A DNA stretch of 64,000 bases from Candidatus Latescibacterota bacterium (lineage in GTDB: Bacteria; Krumholzibacteriota; Krumholzibacteriia; WVZY01; JAKEHA01). Both the position numbers and the translations under genes were made by a program. Below are positions 32,921 through 45,623 of this stretch, piece by piece; position 1 is the stretch's first letter, and each line of letters starts with the position of its first letter. Below the pieces are notes generated by a model. The model worked only from the letters and a program-made list of their open reading frames with translations, was not told where the DNA came from and did not search any database. Location of the stretch: positions 1,664,001 through 1,728,000 of the forward strand of contig OY970173.1 in the NCBI GenBank assembly GCA_963707635.1, read 5' to 3'.

Positions 32921-34437
32921 GCCCGCGCCAGCGATTCGAACTCGCGAACCTGCCCCTCGACCCACGCCGCATCCCGTCCCAGCGCGCGCGCCATCGCTTG
33001 CGCGACCTGGCGCGCGAGGGCCACGCTCGCGCGCGCATCCAGAAACAGCGCGCGGGTGCGTCGCGCCAGCACGTCGTCCACCCGCCGCGCCATTTCCTCG
33101 CGCACGAACCGGGTGGTTTCCTGTTCTAATGGCAGAGCTGCTCGTGTTTGGGTGCTCTGGTTGCTCTGTCCGCCGGAGTTTTCGAGCGCGTACTGCTCGA
33201 TGGGGCTCGCGGGCACGGGGCCGTTGCCGAAGGCCAGGTGCGCGGTGCGCGAGGGCCGGGGCGCGAGGCCACCCGTCTCGAGGGCGCGCGTCACCGCGTC
33301 TTCCGCCATCAAGCGGTAGGTGGTCCACTTGCCGCCCGTTACCGTGACGAGTCCGCGGGGCGACACCACCACCCGGTGGTCGCGCGTCAGCGCGGCGGTT
33401 CGCGCGTGCTTCCCGATCAGGAGCGGTCGCAGCCCGGCAAACGCGGAGCGAACGTCGGCGCGCACCGGCGGGGCCGCCAGGTAACGGGCCGCGTGGGCGA
33501 TGAGAAACTCCACGTCGTCGCGGCTCGCCGTTGGTTCGCCGACGATCTCATCGGTCGCGACGTCGGTGGTGCCGATCAGCACCCGCCCGCGCCAGGGGAT
33601 CAGGAACACCACCCGGCCATCGTCGGTGCGCGGGATCATGACCGCGTCGTCGCCGGGGAGAAACGCCCGCTCCACGACGATGTGCGCGCCACGGCTTGCG
33701 CACAGCATCGGGGCCGCCGCCGGGTCGTCCAGGCGCCGCACCGCGTCCGCGAAGACGCCGGTGGCGTTGATCACGACGCGCGCGGGGACCTCGATGGTGG
33801 CGCCGGACTCCTGGTCGACGACGCCGACCCCGGCCACGCGGCCGGAGCGGGTGAGGAAACCGGCGACGCAGGAATAATTCGCCACCACCGCGCCGAGTCC
33901 GGCCGCGGCGCGCATTACTTCGAGCGCGAAGCGGGCGTCGTCGAACTGGTCGTCGTGGTAGACCACCGCCCCGCGCAGCGATTGCGTCCGCAGCGTGGGG
34001 AGGCGAGCGCAGGTCTCGTCGCGGGAGAGGAGCCGGGTTCGCGACGAGCGCGCGCCGCCGCGGCGCGCCAGCCATTCGTAGACGCCGAGGCCGGCGCCGT
34101 AGTACGCGCGCTCGCCGGGTCGATACGTGGGAATCACGAAGGCGAGCTCGCGCACGAGCGCGGGGGCATTGCGCCGTACGAATTCCCTTTCGCGCAGCGA
34201 TTGCGCGACCAGCCCGACGTGGCCGCCGCGGAGATAGCGAACCCCGCCGTGCATGAGCTTCGTGCTGCGGCTGGAGGTCGCCCCCGCGAAATCGGCCCGT
34301 TCGACCAGCGCGGTCTTGAGTCCCCGCGCCGCCGCGTCGAGCGCGCACCCGAGGCCGGTGGCGCCGCCGCCGATGACGACGACATCCCAGGGCTCGCGCT
34401 CGCGCCGCAGGCGGTCGAGCATGTGTTCGCGGTCCAT
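32902..34437 (-). CDS. glpD: FAD-dependent glycerol-3-phosphate dehydrogenase/oxidase
   Basis: [39 protein letters not shown]. Confidence 0.92.
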   Translation of the reverse strand: MDREHMLDRLRREREPWDVVVIGGGATGLGCALDAAARGLKTALVERADFAGATSSRSTKLMHGGVRYLRGGHVGLVAQSLREREFVRRNAPALVRELAFVIPTYRPGERAYYGAGLGVYEWLARRGGARSSRTRLLSRDETCARLPTLRTQSLRGAVVYHDDQFDDARFALEVMRAAAGLGAVVANYSCVAGFLTRSGRVAGVGVVDQESGATIEVPARVVINATGVFADAVRRLDDPAAAPMLCASRGAHIVVERAFLPGDDAVMIPRTDDGRVVFLIPWRGRVLIGTTDVATDEIVGEPTASRDDVEFLIAHAARYLAAPPVRADVRSAFAGLRPLLIGKHARTAALTRDHRVVVSPRGLVTVTGGKWTTYRLMAEDAVTRALETGGLAPRPSRTAHLAFGNGPVPASPIEQYALENSGGQSNQSTQTRAALPLEQETTRFVREEMARRVDDVLARRTRALFLDARASVALARQVAQAMARALGRDAAWVEGQVREFESLARAYLPSD

Positions 34438-34670
34438 TCGGCCCACGTTACTCGACGGTCCGAAGCGAGTTCCAGAAAGATTGGCCGGCGTTCCGGCCGC
34501 GTTCCGGCACAAAACCCGCACCGGGGTCGCCGGACCCCAGGAGGAGTCTTCCACGCATCCGGAAGCAGGCCGTTCGCCACCTCGGGGACGGCGCTGGTTT
34601 CGATCTATTTATAACCGGTTAGCGGAATGACTTCGAGTGGGACAGCAAGCTCTGGTGAGGTGATAGCGCC

Positions 34671-35168
34671 ATGGATACTCTAGTTCGCAGAGTGCTCCGC
34701 GCAATCGGCGGGGTGCTGGTCTGCATCGCCATCTGGACCGTCCAGGACCGTCTCTCGGGTGGGGGATCGAAGTCCGCGGACGCCATCCCCGCCGAAGTCT
34801 GGGGAGGCGGGGGCAACGTCGTGACGATCGAGGCCGAGGCCAGCGCGCCTGCCTCGATCTCGGCGAGCTTCGACAACAACCGGCCGATCGACGATTCCGG
34901 CCACGAGTACCTGGAAACGTGGCAGAAACTCGACGCGGGCGTGCACACGTTCAATATCTCCGTCCCACGCGACGTCTCGGGGTCGGTGTGGCTTCGTATC
35001 GACAAGCCCGACGTGGGCGCGACCATCAAACTTGCGCTGAAGGTCGACGGCAAGCTGGTGAGCGAAGATTTCGACCGGCTCGAGGCCCCGCTCGAAGCGG
35101 GCTACGGTTTCGCCATCGGCGTCGAATTGGACGACTACGCCGGCGGCAAACTCGCAGAAGACTGGTAG
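34671..35168 (+). CDS. Hypothetical membrane-anchored protein
   Basis: 165 aa ORF with an N-terminal hydrophobic segment, a GAGGTG RBS and host-like codon use. Confidence 0.7.
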   Translation: MDTLVRRVLRAIGGVLVCIAIWTVQDRLSGGGSKSADAIPAEVWGGGGNVVTIEAEASAPASISASFDNNRPIDDSGHEYLETWQKLDAGVHTFNISVPRDVSGSVWLRIDKPDVGATIKLALKVDGKLVSEDFDRLEAPLEAGYGFAIGVELDDYAGGKLAEDW

Positions 35169-35273
35169 TCACGCTGCGTAGTCATCGTGGTCCGCGCGGC
35201 CGTGTCGCGGTGATTCCGAGCGCGGAGTTCCGCCTTGTTTTGACCTGCTTCGGTGCGGTTTAATAGGCCGCGT

Positions 35274-36212
35274 ATGGACCACGAAGCTGAATCCACCCGC
35301 GCGGAACGACTCGAACGCCCGCGCGTCGAGGCGCTCGATCGTATGCTGGGTGTCCCGCAGCGAGTGCTCGACGACGGCTTCGTGCGCGTCGTCGACTACA
35401 TGGGGACCGACGAGTCCATCGTGCAGGCGGCGCGCGTGTCCTACGGCAAGGGGACCAAGAAGGTCAGCGAGGACCGCGGGCTGATTCGCTACCTGATGCG
35501 GCACCGGCACACGACGCCGTTCGAGATGTGCGAGATCAAACTCCACGTCCGCGTCCCCATGGATGCGTGGCGACAGTGGATCAGACACCGGTCGGCCAGC
35601 GTCAACGAGTACAGTACTCGCTATTCGATTGCGATCGACGCCGCGCAGACCACGCCGCCGGACCAGTGGCGCATGCAGTCGGGCGGGAACCGCCAGGGCA
35701 GCACCGGCCTCATCGACGCCGGCGCGGGTGAGGCGCTGTCGCGCGAAGAGGCCGACCTCCATCGCGAGGCGAGGCGCGTCTATGAGGCCCGCCTGGAGAA
35801 GGGGGTCGCGCGCGAACAGGCGCGCAAAGACCTTCCGCTCTCCACCTACACCGAAGCCTACTGGAAGATCGACCTGCACAACCTGCTCCACTTCCTCGCC
35901 CTGCGCATGGACGATCACTCGCAGCTCGAGATCCGCCAGTACGCGCAGCTGATCGGCGAGACGATCGTGAGCGCATGGTGCCCCCTCACCTGGGAGGCGT
36001 TCCTCGACTACCGCGTCAGTGCCTTGGTTCTCTCCTCCATCGAAACCGAGGTCGTGCGCGCGATCGCCGCGGGCGAACCGGATCGCGCGCGCGCGGTCGC
36101 GGAGCGGCACGGGTGGCTCGAGCCCGGGAAGACGGGTCTGAAGCGGAATCGGGAGCGCGAAGAGCTGGAAACGAAACTCGCGGGGCTCAACCTCTCCATT
36201 CCCTGGCGCTGA
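35274..36212 (+). CDS. thyX: Flavin-dependent thymidylate synthase
   Basis: AARVSY, HTTPFE, RQWIRHRSASVNEYSTRY, HSQLEIR. Confidence 0.96.
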   Translation: MDHEAESTRAERLERPRVEALDRMLGVPQRVLDDGFVRVVDYMGTDESIVQAARVSYGKGTKKVSEDRGLIRYLMRHRHTTPFEMCEIKLHVRVPMDAWRQWIRHRSASVNEYSTRYSIAIDAAQTTPPDQWRMQSGGNRQGSTGLIDAGAGEALSREEADLHREARRVYEARLEKGVAREQARKDLPLSTYTEAYWKIDLHNLLHFLALRMDDHSQLEIRQYAQLIGETIVSAWCPLTWEAFLDYRVSALVLSSIETEVVRAIAAGEPDRARAVAERHGWLEPGKTGLKRNREREELETKLAGLNLSIPWR

Positions 36213-36219
36213 TGTCACC

Positions 36220-36621
36220 GTGCAGGGAGAGCTCAAGCTGATAGCGCCGCGCGACCTGCTGCCGCACGAGGAAGTCGACGCGGGGCGCGTGCGGAGCATC
36301 GCCGAGGAAATCCGCTCCGCGGGAGTATTCTACCCGCCGATTCTGGTCGACGATCGCACCCGGGTGATCCTCGACGGGCACCACCGCTGGCACGCCGCCG
36401 GCGTGCTCGGGCTGCGCCGGCTCCCGTGCTACTGCGTCGACTACCGTAACGATGTGGTCGTGCGCGTGATGTCGCGCCGCCCCGAGCTCACCGTCACCAA
36501 GGACGACGTGGTCGCGACCGCCACCGAGGGCCGGCTGTACCCGCACAAGACAACGCGCCACATGTACGACCTTCCCGAGTGGATCGAGCCGGTCCCGCTC
36601 GACCGGCTGCTGAGCCCCTGA
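36220..36621 (+). CDS. ParB/Srx-fold protein resembling a minimal SerK/SbnI serine kinase
   Basis: LPHEE, PILVD, LDGHHRW, DY, TKDDV, GRLYPHKTTRH. Confidence 0.75.
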   Translation: MQGELKLIAPRDLLPHEEVDAGRVRSIAEEIRSAGVFYPPILVDDRTRVILDGHHRWHAAGVLGLRRLPCYCVDYRNDVVVRVMSRRPELTVTKDDVVATATEGRLYPHKTTRHMYDLPEWIEPVPLDRLLSP

Positions 36622-36696
36622 CCGCCTTTTCTCCGCGATTGACACGCCGCCGCCGGCCGCGCCATGCTGTGCGCGGATTCGAGAAGGAGGACTTCG

Positions 36697-37296
36697 ATGA
36701 AGCGATTCGCATACTGGCTCGCCGCCGCCGTGGTGCTGGCGGGGTGTTCGAGCGCCCCGAAGGTCCAGCGCGTGGACCCCAACGAAACCATCGACCTTTC
36801 CGGCCGCTGGAACGACACCGACTCGCGGCTGGTTTCCGAGGAGATGATCGCCGACTGCATGTCGAAGCCGTGGAAGTCGAAGCACTACCAGGCCAGCGGG
36901 GGCAAGCAGCCGATCATCATCGTGGGCGACATCCGCAACAAGACCACCGAGCACATCGCGGTCGGCACGTTCATCGGCGACATCGAGCGCGCGTTCATCA
37001 ACTCCGGCGAGGCCGAAATGGTCGCCAGCGCCGAGGAGCGCGAGCAGATCCGTTCCGAGCGCGCGGACCAGCAGCAATACTCCAGTGAAGAGACCATGAG
37101 CAAGTGGGGCCGCGAGCACGGCGCCAACTACATGCTGGGCGGAGTGATCAACAGCATCGAGGACCAGGAGAAAGGCGAGCTGGTGGTGTTCTACCAGGTC
37201 GACATGAACCTGATCGATCTCGAGCGGAACACCAAAGTCTGGCAGGGACAGAAGAAGATCAAGAAATACGTCTCGCGGTCGTCGTACAAGCCGTGA
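36697..37296 (+). CDS. lpoB: Penicillin-binding protein activator LpoB family lipoprotein
   Basis: LAGC lipobox; DLSGRWNDTD, RNKTTEHI, YQVDMNLID motifs. Confidence 0.8.
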   Translation: MKRFAYWLAAAVVLAGCSSAPKVQRVDPNETIDLSGRWNDTDSRLVSEEMIADCMSKPWKSKHYQASGGKQPIIIVGDIRNKTTEHIAVGTFIGDIERAFINSGEAEMVASAEEREQIRSERADQQQYSSEETMSKWGREHGANYMLGGVINSIEDQEKGELVVFYQVDMNLIDLERNTKVWQGQKKIKKYVSRSSYKP

Positions 37297-38654
37297 CCCC
37301 GCGCCGCGTGGTCATCGCGGCGCTCCTGGGGGTGACCGGATGCGCCGGGTACGCCAGCTACTCGCCGCTGATCGACGAGGCGCTCGTGCACGAGGATTAT
37401 TCGGCCGCGCTCGAAGTGGTCGAGAAGATCAGCCGCTCCAATTCCGAGCTGCTCTACTGCTACGAGAAGGCGATGGTGCTGCGCGCCCAGGGCGAGTACG
37501 CGGCCAGCAACGAGACCCTGGAGCGCGCCGAGGTCCTGCTCGAGGACTTGTACACCCGCAGCGTCACGCGCGAGGTGGCGTCGCTGGCCGTGTCGGAGAC
37601 CTTCGCCCAGTACCGCGGCGACGCGTTCGAGGCGATCCGGGTCAACTACTACAAGATTCTCAATTACCTGGCGCTCGACGACGTCGACGGCGCGCTGGTG
37701 GAATGCCGGCGGCTCAACCACAAGCTGCAGATGCTCCACGACGGCGGCGAGACGTACTTCGTCGACGACCCCTTCCTGCAGTACCTGACCGCGCTGGTCT
37801 ACGAAATGGGCGGCGAGTCCGAGAGCGCGGGGGTGTCGTACCGCACCGCGGCCGCGCGCTACCAGGAACCGGCGGGCGGGTGGAGCGGAGAGGCGCCGCC
37901 GTGGCTGTACTGCGACGCGGGCGCGAACGCGCGCCGGCGCGGCGACGCCGCCGCCGCGGCGGAGTACGACTCGCTCGCGACCTGCGACGAGAACGGCGCT
38001 GCGACCGGCCGGCTCACGGTCGTGATCGAGGCCGGGCGCGTGCTCCGCAAACTCGAATCCAACCTGGTGCTGCCCATCTTCGAGAAAGACGACTGGAGCG
38101 ACCGCGATGCCTTCGCCCACGAGCTGGCGGGCCGGCGCGGCGTCGTGTACGACCATCCCAAGAAGGTGAAGTACTGGCTGCGCGTGTCGCTTCCGGTGCT
38201 GGAGCCGCGCCCGCCGGGAGTCGTGTACGCCGTGGTCAAGGCCACGCGCACGGACGGGGAGCGTGGCGGCGCGGTGGAGACCCGGACGGCGCAGGTCGAA
38301 GACCTGGACGCGCAGGCGGCCCAGGCCTTCCGCGAGAAGGAGTCGACGGTGCTGCTGCGCGCGATCATTCGCGGGCTCGGCAAATACCTCGCCTCCGAAG
38401 CGGCGAATGACAAGGACGACGCACTCGGCGCGCTGGTGAACCTGATCGGCGCGGCGACGGAGACGGCCGACACCCGCAGCTGGACGACGTTGCCCGAAGT
38501 CATTCTGGTCGCCCGGCTGAACCTGCCGGCGGGCAAGTACCGCCTCGAGGCCGACGTCGTCGACGGGCGGGGTCACACCGTGAATCGTGTCGCATTCGGA
38601 GAGGTCGACGTCCGCGCCGGCAGTTCCCGCATTCAGACCGCCCGCGCCTACTGA
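37293..38654 (+). CDS. COG3014-like TPR lipoprotein
   Basis: VTGC lipobox; Y.G..FE..., [17 protein letters not shown]; usual partner of lpoB-like genes. Confidence 0.75.
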   Translation: MTPRRVVIAALLGVTGCAGYASYSPLIDEALVHEDYSAALEVVEKISRSNSELLYCYEKAMVLRAQGEYAASNETLERAEVLLEDLYTRSVTREVASLAVSETFAQYRGDAFEAIRVNYYKILNYLALDDVDGALVECRRLNHKLQMLHDGGETYFVDDPFLQYLTALVYEMGGESESAGVSYRTAAARYQEPAGGWSGEAPPWLYCDAGANARRRGDAAAAAEYDSLATCDENGAATGRLTVVIEAGRVLRKLESNLVLPIFEKDDWSDRDAFAHELAGRRGVVYDHPKKVKYWLRVSLPVLEPRPPGVVYAVVKATRTDGERGGAVETRTAQVEDLDAQAAQAFREKESTVLLRAIIRGLGKYLASEAANDKDDALGALVNLIGAATETADTRSWTTLPEVILVARLNLPAGKYRLEADVVDGRGHTVNRVAFGEVDVRAGSSRIQTARAY

Positions 38655-38725
38655 CGCTGGCGGGCCGGTTCCATCCACCGTATAGTGGGGCTCGTCCGAC
38701 CGGCGCCCCGGATCGATCTCGACCG

Positions 38726-40912
<2,187 letters not shown>

Positions 40913-40942
40913 GCACCGATTCCACGCGCTTGAATGTTGCCC

Positions 40943-41003
40943 TTGACATGGGTTTGTCGACGCAGTAAAGTCGCCGGGAGCTTTGTGAATCCGCGCACAA
41001 AGC
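40943..41003 (+). promoter_or_regulatory. Sigma70 promoter plus downstream palindromic operator (Rex/CRP-FNR-like)
   Basis: TTGACA-17 nt-TAAAGT (40943-40971), then TTGTGAATCCGCGCACAA (40983-41000). Confidence 0.7.
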
Positions 41004-41064
41004 CTGCTCCAGTTCTCGTAATCACCAGTCAATCAATAAGTTTCGTGCGGCCGCCCACGCGAGA

Positions 41065-41892
41065 GTGACTTTGGAACGGTCCCGGAGAAGTCTTCTTATC
41101 GGAGTGTTGCGTCTGGCGGCCTTCGCGGCGGCCGGAGCAGCGCTCGTGGGAGTTGCGTACGGGCGCAAAGCACCCGTCGATCTCGAGGTCGGGATCTCGG
41201 AGAAGCTCGGCCAGCGCGCGGCGCAAAACCTCGTGTTCACCAGCGAGTCCGGCGACACCGTCACCCTCGCCCGCCTGATCGACCGGCCCACCCTGGTTTC
41301 TCTGGTCTACTACACCTGCCCGTCGATCTGCCGTCCCCTGCTCGACGAAGTCACGGACATGCTCGGCAAACTGCAGGCGGTGGACATGCAACCGAACCGC
41401 GACTACCGGCTGATCACCATCAGCTTCGACGCGACCGACAGCGCGGCCGGGTCGACGCGGCTCAAGGACGAGTACTACCACCGGCTCCCGGATGGATTTC
41501 CGAAAGACGCCTGGACGTTTCTCACCGCCGACTCGAGCACCATCGCGCAGTTCACGCAGTCGGTCGGATTCGGGTTCCGGAAGGCGGGCGAGGACTTCGC
41601 GCACCCCACCACGCTGCTGGTGCTCTCGCCGGAGGGCAAGATCACGCGCTACCTCACCGGCTCGGAGTATCTCCCGCTCGATATCAAGATGGCGCTGATC
41701 GAGGCCAAACAGGGCCGCGTGGGCGCAACCATCGTCAAGTTCTACAAGTTCTGTTTCAGTTATGACCCGAGCGGCCAGAAATTCGTGCTCAATTCCACCC
41801 GCGTGGTCGGATTGAGCACGCTGCTCGGGGTCGCGGGAATCGTCGTCTTCGTGACCGCCTCCGGCCGGCGCCGCGAGAAGAAGGTGCACTGA
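41065..41892 (+). CDS. SCO family copper chaperone
   Basis: YYTCPSIC motif, conserved His (FAHP) and FCFSYDP. Confidence 0.9.
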   Translation: MTLERSRRSLLIGVLRLAAFAAAGAALVGVAYGRKAPVDLEVGISEKLGQRAAQNLVFTSESGDTVTLARLIDRPTLVSLVYYTCPSICRPLLDEVTDMLGKLQAVDMQPNRDYRLITISFDATDSAAGSTRLKDEYYHRLPDGFPKDAWTFLTADSSTIAQFTQSVGFGFRKAGEDFAHPTTLLVLSPEGKITRYLTGSEYLPLDIKMALIEAKQGRVGATIVKFYKFCFSYDPSGQKFVLNSTRVVGLSTLLGVAGIVVFVTASGRRREKKVH

Positions 41893-41894
41893 TC

Positions 41895-43553
41895 ATGGGC
41901 AATCACGCGAACGTGGCGCGCGCGCACCCGAGCGTTCCCGACGCCGCGGACGTCGATTTCTACCACTTCAAGGGCCGCTGGTCGGGCCTCGCGTCCTGGA
42001 TATTTTCGACCGACCACAAGCGCATCGGGCTGATGTACTTGACGCTCATGCTGATCTTCTTCACGGTCGGGATGTCGCTCGGTTTCCTGATGCGTCTGGA
42101 GCTGATCGCGCCGGGCCGCACCATCGTCGACGCGCAGACCTACAACGTGTTCTTCACGCTCCACGGCGTGTTCATGATCTTCCTGTTCGTGATCCCGGGG
42201 TTGTCGGCGTCGATGGGGAACTTCATCCTCCCGATCATGATCGGAGCGAAGGACGTGCAGTTCCCGCGCCTCAACCTGCTTTCGTGGTGGCTGTTCCTTA
42301 CCGGCGCGTTGATCGCCATTACCGCCCTGTTCACCGGCAGCGGCCCGCCCGACACCGGCTGGACCTTCTACGCGCCGTACAGCATCCGCACCGGGACCAA
42401 CGTGACCCTGGCCGCGTGCGCGGTGTTCGTGCTCGGGTTCTCGTCGATCCTGACCGGGCTCAATTTCGTGACCACCATTCACCGCATGCGCGCGCCGGGG
42501 ATGACGTTTTTCCGCATGCCCCTGTTCGTGTGGTCGATTTATGCAACCGGCTGGTTGCAGGTGATCGCGACCCCGGTGATCGGGATCACGATGGCGCTGA
42601 TCATGGTCGAGCGCAGCTTCGGCATCGGGGTGTTCGACCCGGTCAAGGGCGGCGATCCGATTCTCTACCAGCACCTGTTCTGGATCTACTCGCACCCGGC
42701 GGTCTACATCATGATCCTGCCCGCGCTGGGGGCGATCTCCGACATCCTCTCGGTGCACGCGCGGCGCACGATCTTCGGCTACAAGTTCATCGCCATGTCG
42801 AGCGTGGCCATCGCCCTGTTCGGGTCGATCGTGTGGGCGCACCACATGTTCGTGAGCGGCAACAGCCTGGTGGCGAACTTCGTCTTCTCGCTTTTGACGA
42901 TGATCGTCGCGATCCCGAGCGCCATCAAGGTCTTCAACTGGGTGGCGACCCTGTACAAGGGGTCGATCCAGCTGGAGACGCCGATGCTCTACGCGCTCGC
43001 GTTCATCTTCCTGTTCATGATCGGCGGCTTCACCGGCATGATGATCGGCGTCCTCTCCGTGGACGTCCACGTGCACGACACCTACTTCATCGTCGGGCAC
43101 TTCCACTACATTCTCTTCGGCGGGCTCGGGTTCTCGATGTTCGGTTCGCTCCACCACTGGTTCCCGAAGATGTTCGGGCGCATGTACCACCAGGTGCCGT
43201 CGAAGATCGCCTGGTTCCTCACCTTCGTCGGCTTCAACGTGCTCTATCTGCCGATGCTGGTCATGGGTTGGGAGGGGATGCCTCGCCGCTACTACGACTA
43301 CCTTCCCGAGTACCAGAAGTGGCACGTGATCTCCACCATCGGGTCGTGGATCATGATCGCGGGGATCCTGACCATGTTCATCAATCTGCTCCACTCGATC
43401 AAGCACGGCAAGATTTGCACGGACCGGAACCCGTGGGGAGGTGGCCGGACGCTGGAGTGGACGGTGCCGTCGCCGCCGCCGCTCGAGAACTTCGACGAGA
43501 TCCCGATCGTCACCCGCGGCGCCTACGACGTGGCGCCGGCGGAGGCGAAATGA
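41895..43553 (+). CDS. ctaD: Cytochrome c oxidase subunit I (A2-type)
   Basis: TDHKRIG, GWTFY, WIYSHPAVY, WAHH, HDTYFIVGHFH, MPRRY. Confidence 0.97.
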   Translation: MGNHANVARAHPSVPDAADVDFYHFKGRWSGLASWIFSTDHKRIGLMYLTLMLIFFTVGMSLGFLMRLELIAPGRTIVDAQTYNVFFTLHGVFMIFLFVIPGLSASMGNFILPIMIGAKDVQFPRLNLLSWWLFLTGALIAITALFTGSGPPDTGWTFYAPYSIRTGTNVTLAACAVFVLGFSSILTGLNFVTTIHRMRAPGMTFFRMPLFVWSIYATGWLQVIATPVIGITMALIMVERSFGIGVFDPVKGGDPILYQHLFWIYSHPAVYIMILPALGAISDILSVHARRTIFGYKFIAMSSVAIALFGSIVWAHHMFVSGNSLVANFVFSLLTMIVAIPSAIKVFNWVATLYKGSIQLETPMLYALAFIFLFMIGGFTGMMIGVLSVDVHVHDTYFIVGHFHYILFGGLGFSMFGSLHHWFPKMFGRMYHQVPSKIAWFLTFVGFNVLYLPMLVMGWEGMPRRYYDYLPEYQKWHVISTIGSWIMIAGILTMFINLLHSIKHGKICTDRNPWGGGRTLEWTVPSPPPLENFDEIPIVTRGAYDVAPAEAK

Positions 43554-44332
43554 GCACGCACTCGATCGCACTCACGAGCCACAAGGACTACCGCGGGTCG
43601 AAGTTCGCCATCTGGCTGTTCTTGATCACGGAAATAATCCTGTTCGGCGGCATGTTCCTCCTCTACTCGGTCTACCGGTCCGAGTACGCGCAGGATTTCC
43701 ACCACGCGGCGGGCGAGCTGAACACGCTGGTGGGGACGATGAACACGCTGATCCTGCTGACCAGCAGCCTCACGATGGCGCTGGGCATCGCCGCCACCCA
43801 CAAGGGAAACCGCAAGCTCGCCCTGCTCATGATTGCGGCGACGGTGGTCTGCGCCGGCTGGTTCATGGTGAACAAGTACTTCGAGTGGGGCGCGAAGATT
43901 CAGCACGGAATCTACCCCGGCTCCGAGCACCTGGCCGCGTTTCCGAAGGGCGAGCAGTTGTTCTTCGGGCTCTACTTCATGATGACCGGGGTGCACGGGA
44001 TCCACGTCCTGGTCGGCATGGTGCTGCTCACGGTGATGTTCGTCCGGGTGATGAATCAACCCAACGGGAAGCTGTCCTTCGTCGCGGGCCACGGCCTGCA
44101 GCGCGCCGAGGGATGCCACCTCGCCATCGTCGACAAGGACGGAAACGCGCTCTGGAAGGGCGAGGAAATCGACAGCACCATGGAACGCATCGACGTTCAC
44201 ACCAAGTACTGGCCGGTCAAGGAGCGATTCCGGGTGGTCGACTTCAACCTGCTGGAGAACTCGGGGCTCTACTGGCACATCGTCGACATCATCTGGATTT
44301 TCCTGTTTCCGCTGTTCTATCTCATTACCTAG
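43550..44332 (+). CDS. ctaE: Cytochrome c oxidase subunit III
   Basis: WLFLITE, NTLILLTSS, TGVHGIHV, GLYWHIVDIIW. Confidence 0.93.
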   Translation: MSTHSIALTSHKDYRGSKFAIWLFLITEIILFGGMFLLYSVYRSEYAQDFHHAAGELNTLVGTMNTLILLTSSLTMALGIAATHKGNRKLALLMIAATVVCAGWFMVNKYFEWGAKIQHGIYPGSEHLAAFPKGEQLFFGLYFMMTGVHGIHVLVGMVLLTVMFVRVMNQPNGKLSFVAGHGLQRAEGCHLAIVDKDGNALWKGEEIDSTMERIDVHTKYWPVKERFRVVDFNLLENSGLYWHIVDIIWIFLFPLFYLIT

Positions 44333-44350
44333 TTCGCTCGGGAGGGCGTC

Positions 44351-44659
44351 ATGAGCCACGAAGCGGGGCATCACGAAGAACACGCGCAGCACGAGCCGGT
44401 CGGCTACGGCTCGTATTTCCTGACGTGGTTTTCGCTGCTGGCGCTGACCGCCATCACCGTCGCCGCCGCCGGCATGCACTTCGGGAGCATGAGCGTCCTG
44501 GTGGCACTGATCATCGCGGTCATCAAGGCCTCGATCGTCCTCTACCTGTTCATGCACCTCAAGTACGAGGACGCGACGTTCCACCGCCTGTTGTTGATCG
44601 TCATCGTCGCGATGGCGATCTTCATCGGGCTGACTTTTACCGACACGCTCTTCAGGTAG
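44351..44659 (+). CDS. ctaF: Cytochrome c oxidase subunit IV
   Basis: Three TM segments with KASIV..FMHLKYE. Confidence 0.9.
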   Translation: MSHEAGHHEEHAQHEPVGYGSYFLTWFSLLALTAITVAAAGMHFGSMSVLVALIIAVIKASIVLYLFMHLKYEDATFHRLLLIVIVAMAIFIGLTFTDTLFR

Positions 44660-44666
44660 ACGACAC

Positions 44667-45623
44667 ATGCTGAGCCGTCTTTCGAGTAATTCGGACCCCG
44701 TCAACGGCCCGATACTGTTCATTTCCATCGTGTCGCTGGTGATGCTGATCGGCATTACCGCGGTGATGGTCTTCTTTGCACTGCGCTACACGCGCCGCCG
44801 GCGGCCGATCGGCGAGGACGTCCACGGCCACAATCTGCTCGAGATCACGTGGACCATCGTCCCCACCATCCTGGCCTTCGGCTTTTTCTGGTACGGGTGG
44901 GAAGGGTACAAGTTCATGAAGACTCCTCCCGACGACGCGATCCAGGTCAAGGTCACCGGGCGCATGTGGTCGTGGATGCACGAGTACGAGAACGGCGTGC
45001 AGTCGCCCGAGCTCTACGTGCCGGTGAACAAGCCGGTGAAACTCAATCTCTCGTCGCAGGACGTGATTCACAGCTACTACATCCCGGCGTTCAAGGTGAA
45101 GCAGGACGCGGTGGCCGGCGTCCCGAACCTCTTTCTGTGGTTTTCCGCCTACCAAACCGGCGACTACCACGTCTTCTGTGCGGAGTATTGCGGCAACGGT
45201 CACTCGCGCATGATGACCTGGGTGCACGTGGTCACGCAGGAAGAGTTCGACGCGTGGCTCAAGACCGAAGGCGACAAGGTCGCCGAGCTCAAGAAGGCGA
45301 CCGAGTCCGGCGCCGACGCCGGCACGCTCCACATCCTGGGCGAGCAGCTCGCGAAATCGAAGGGGTGCGTTGCCTGCCACAGCGTGGACGGGAGCAAGGT
45401 GATAGGCCCCACCTGGAAGGGCGTGTACGGCACGACCGAGACGGTCGTGACCGCCGGGCAGGAGCGCGCGGTCACGGTTGACGACGAGTACATCAAGCGG
45501 TCGATGCTCGAGCCGACGGCGGACGTGGTGAAGGGCTACCAGCCGTTGATGCCGTCGCAGCAGGGAATGGTCAACGAATCCGAGATCATGGCGCTGACCC
45601 AGTACATCAAGAGCCTGAAATAG
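44667..45623 (+). CDS. ctaC: Cytochrome c oxidase subunit II with fused cytochrome c
   Basis: DVIHS, CuA motif CAEYCGNGHSRM and C-terminal CVACH. Confidence 0.95.
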   Translation: MLSRLSSNSDPVNGPILFISIVSLVMLIGITAVMVFFALRYTRRRRPIGEDVHGHNLLEITWTIVPTILAFGFFWYGWEGYKFMKTPPDDAIQVKVTGRMWSWMHEYENGVQSPELYVPVNKPVKLNLSSQDVIHSYYIPAFKVKQDAVAGVPNLFLWFSAYQTGDYHVFCAEYCGNGHSRMMTWVHVVTQEEFDAWLKTEGDKVAELKKATESGADAGTLHILGEQLAKSKGCVACHSVDGSKVIGPTWKGVYGTTETVVTAGQERAVTVDDEYIKRSMLEPTADVVKGYQPLMPSQQGMVNESEIMALTQYIKSLK

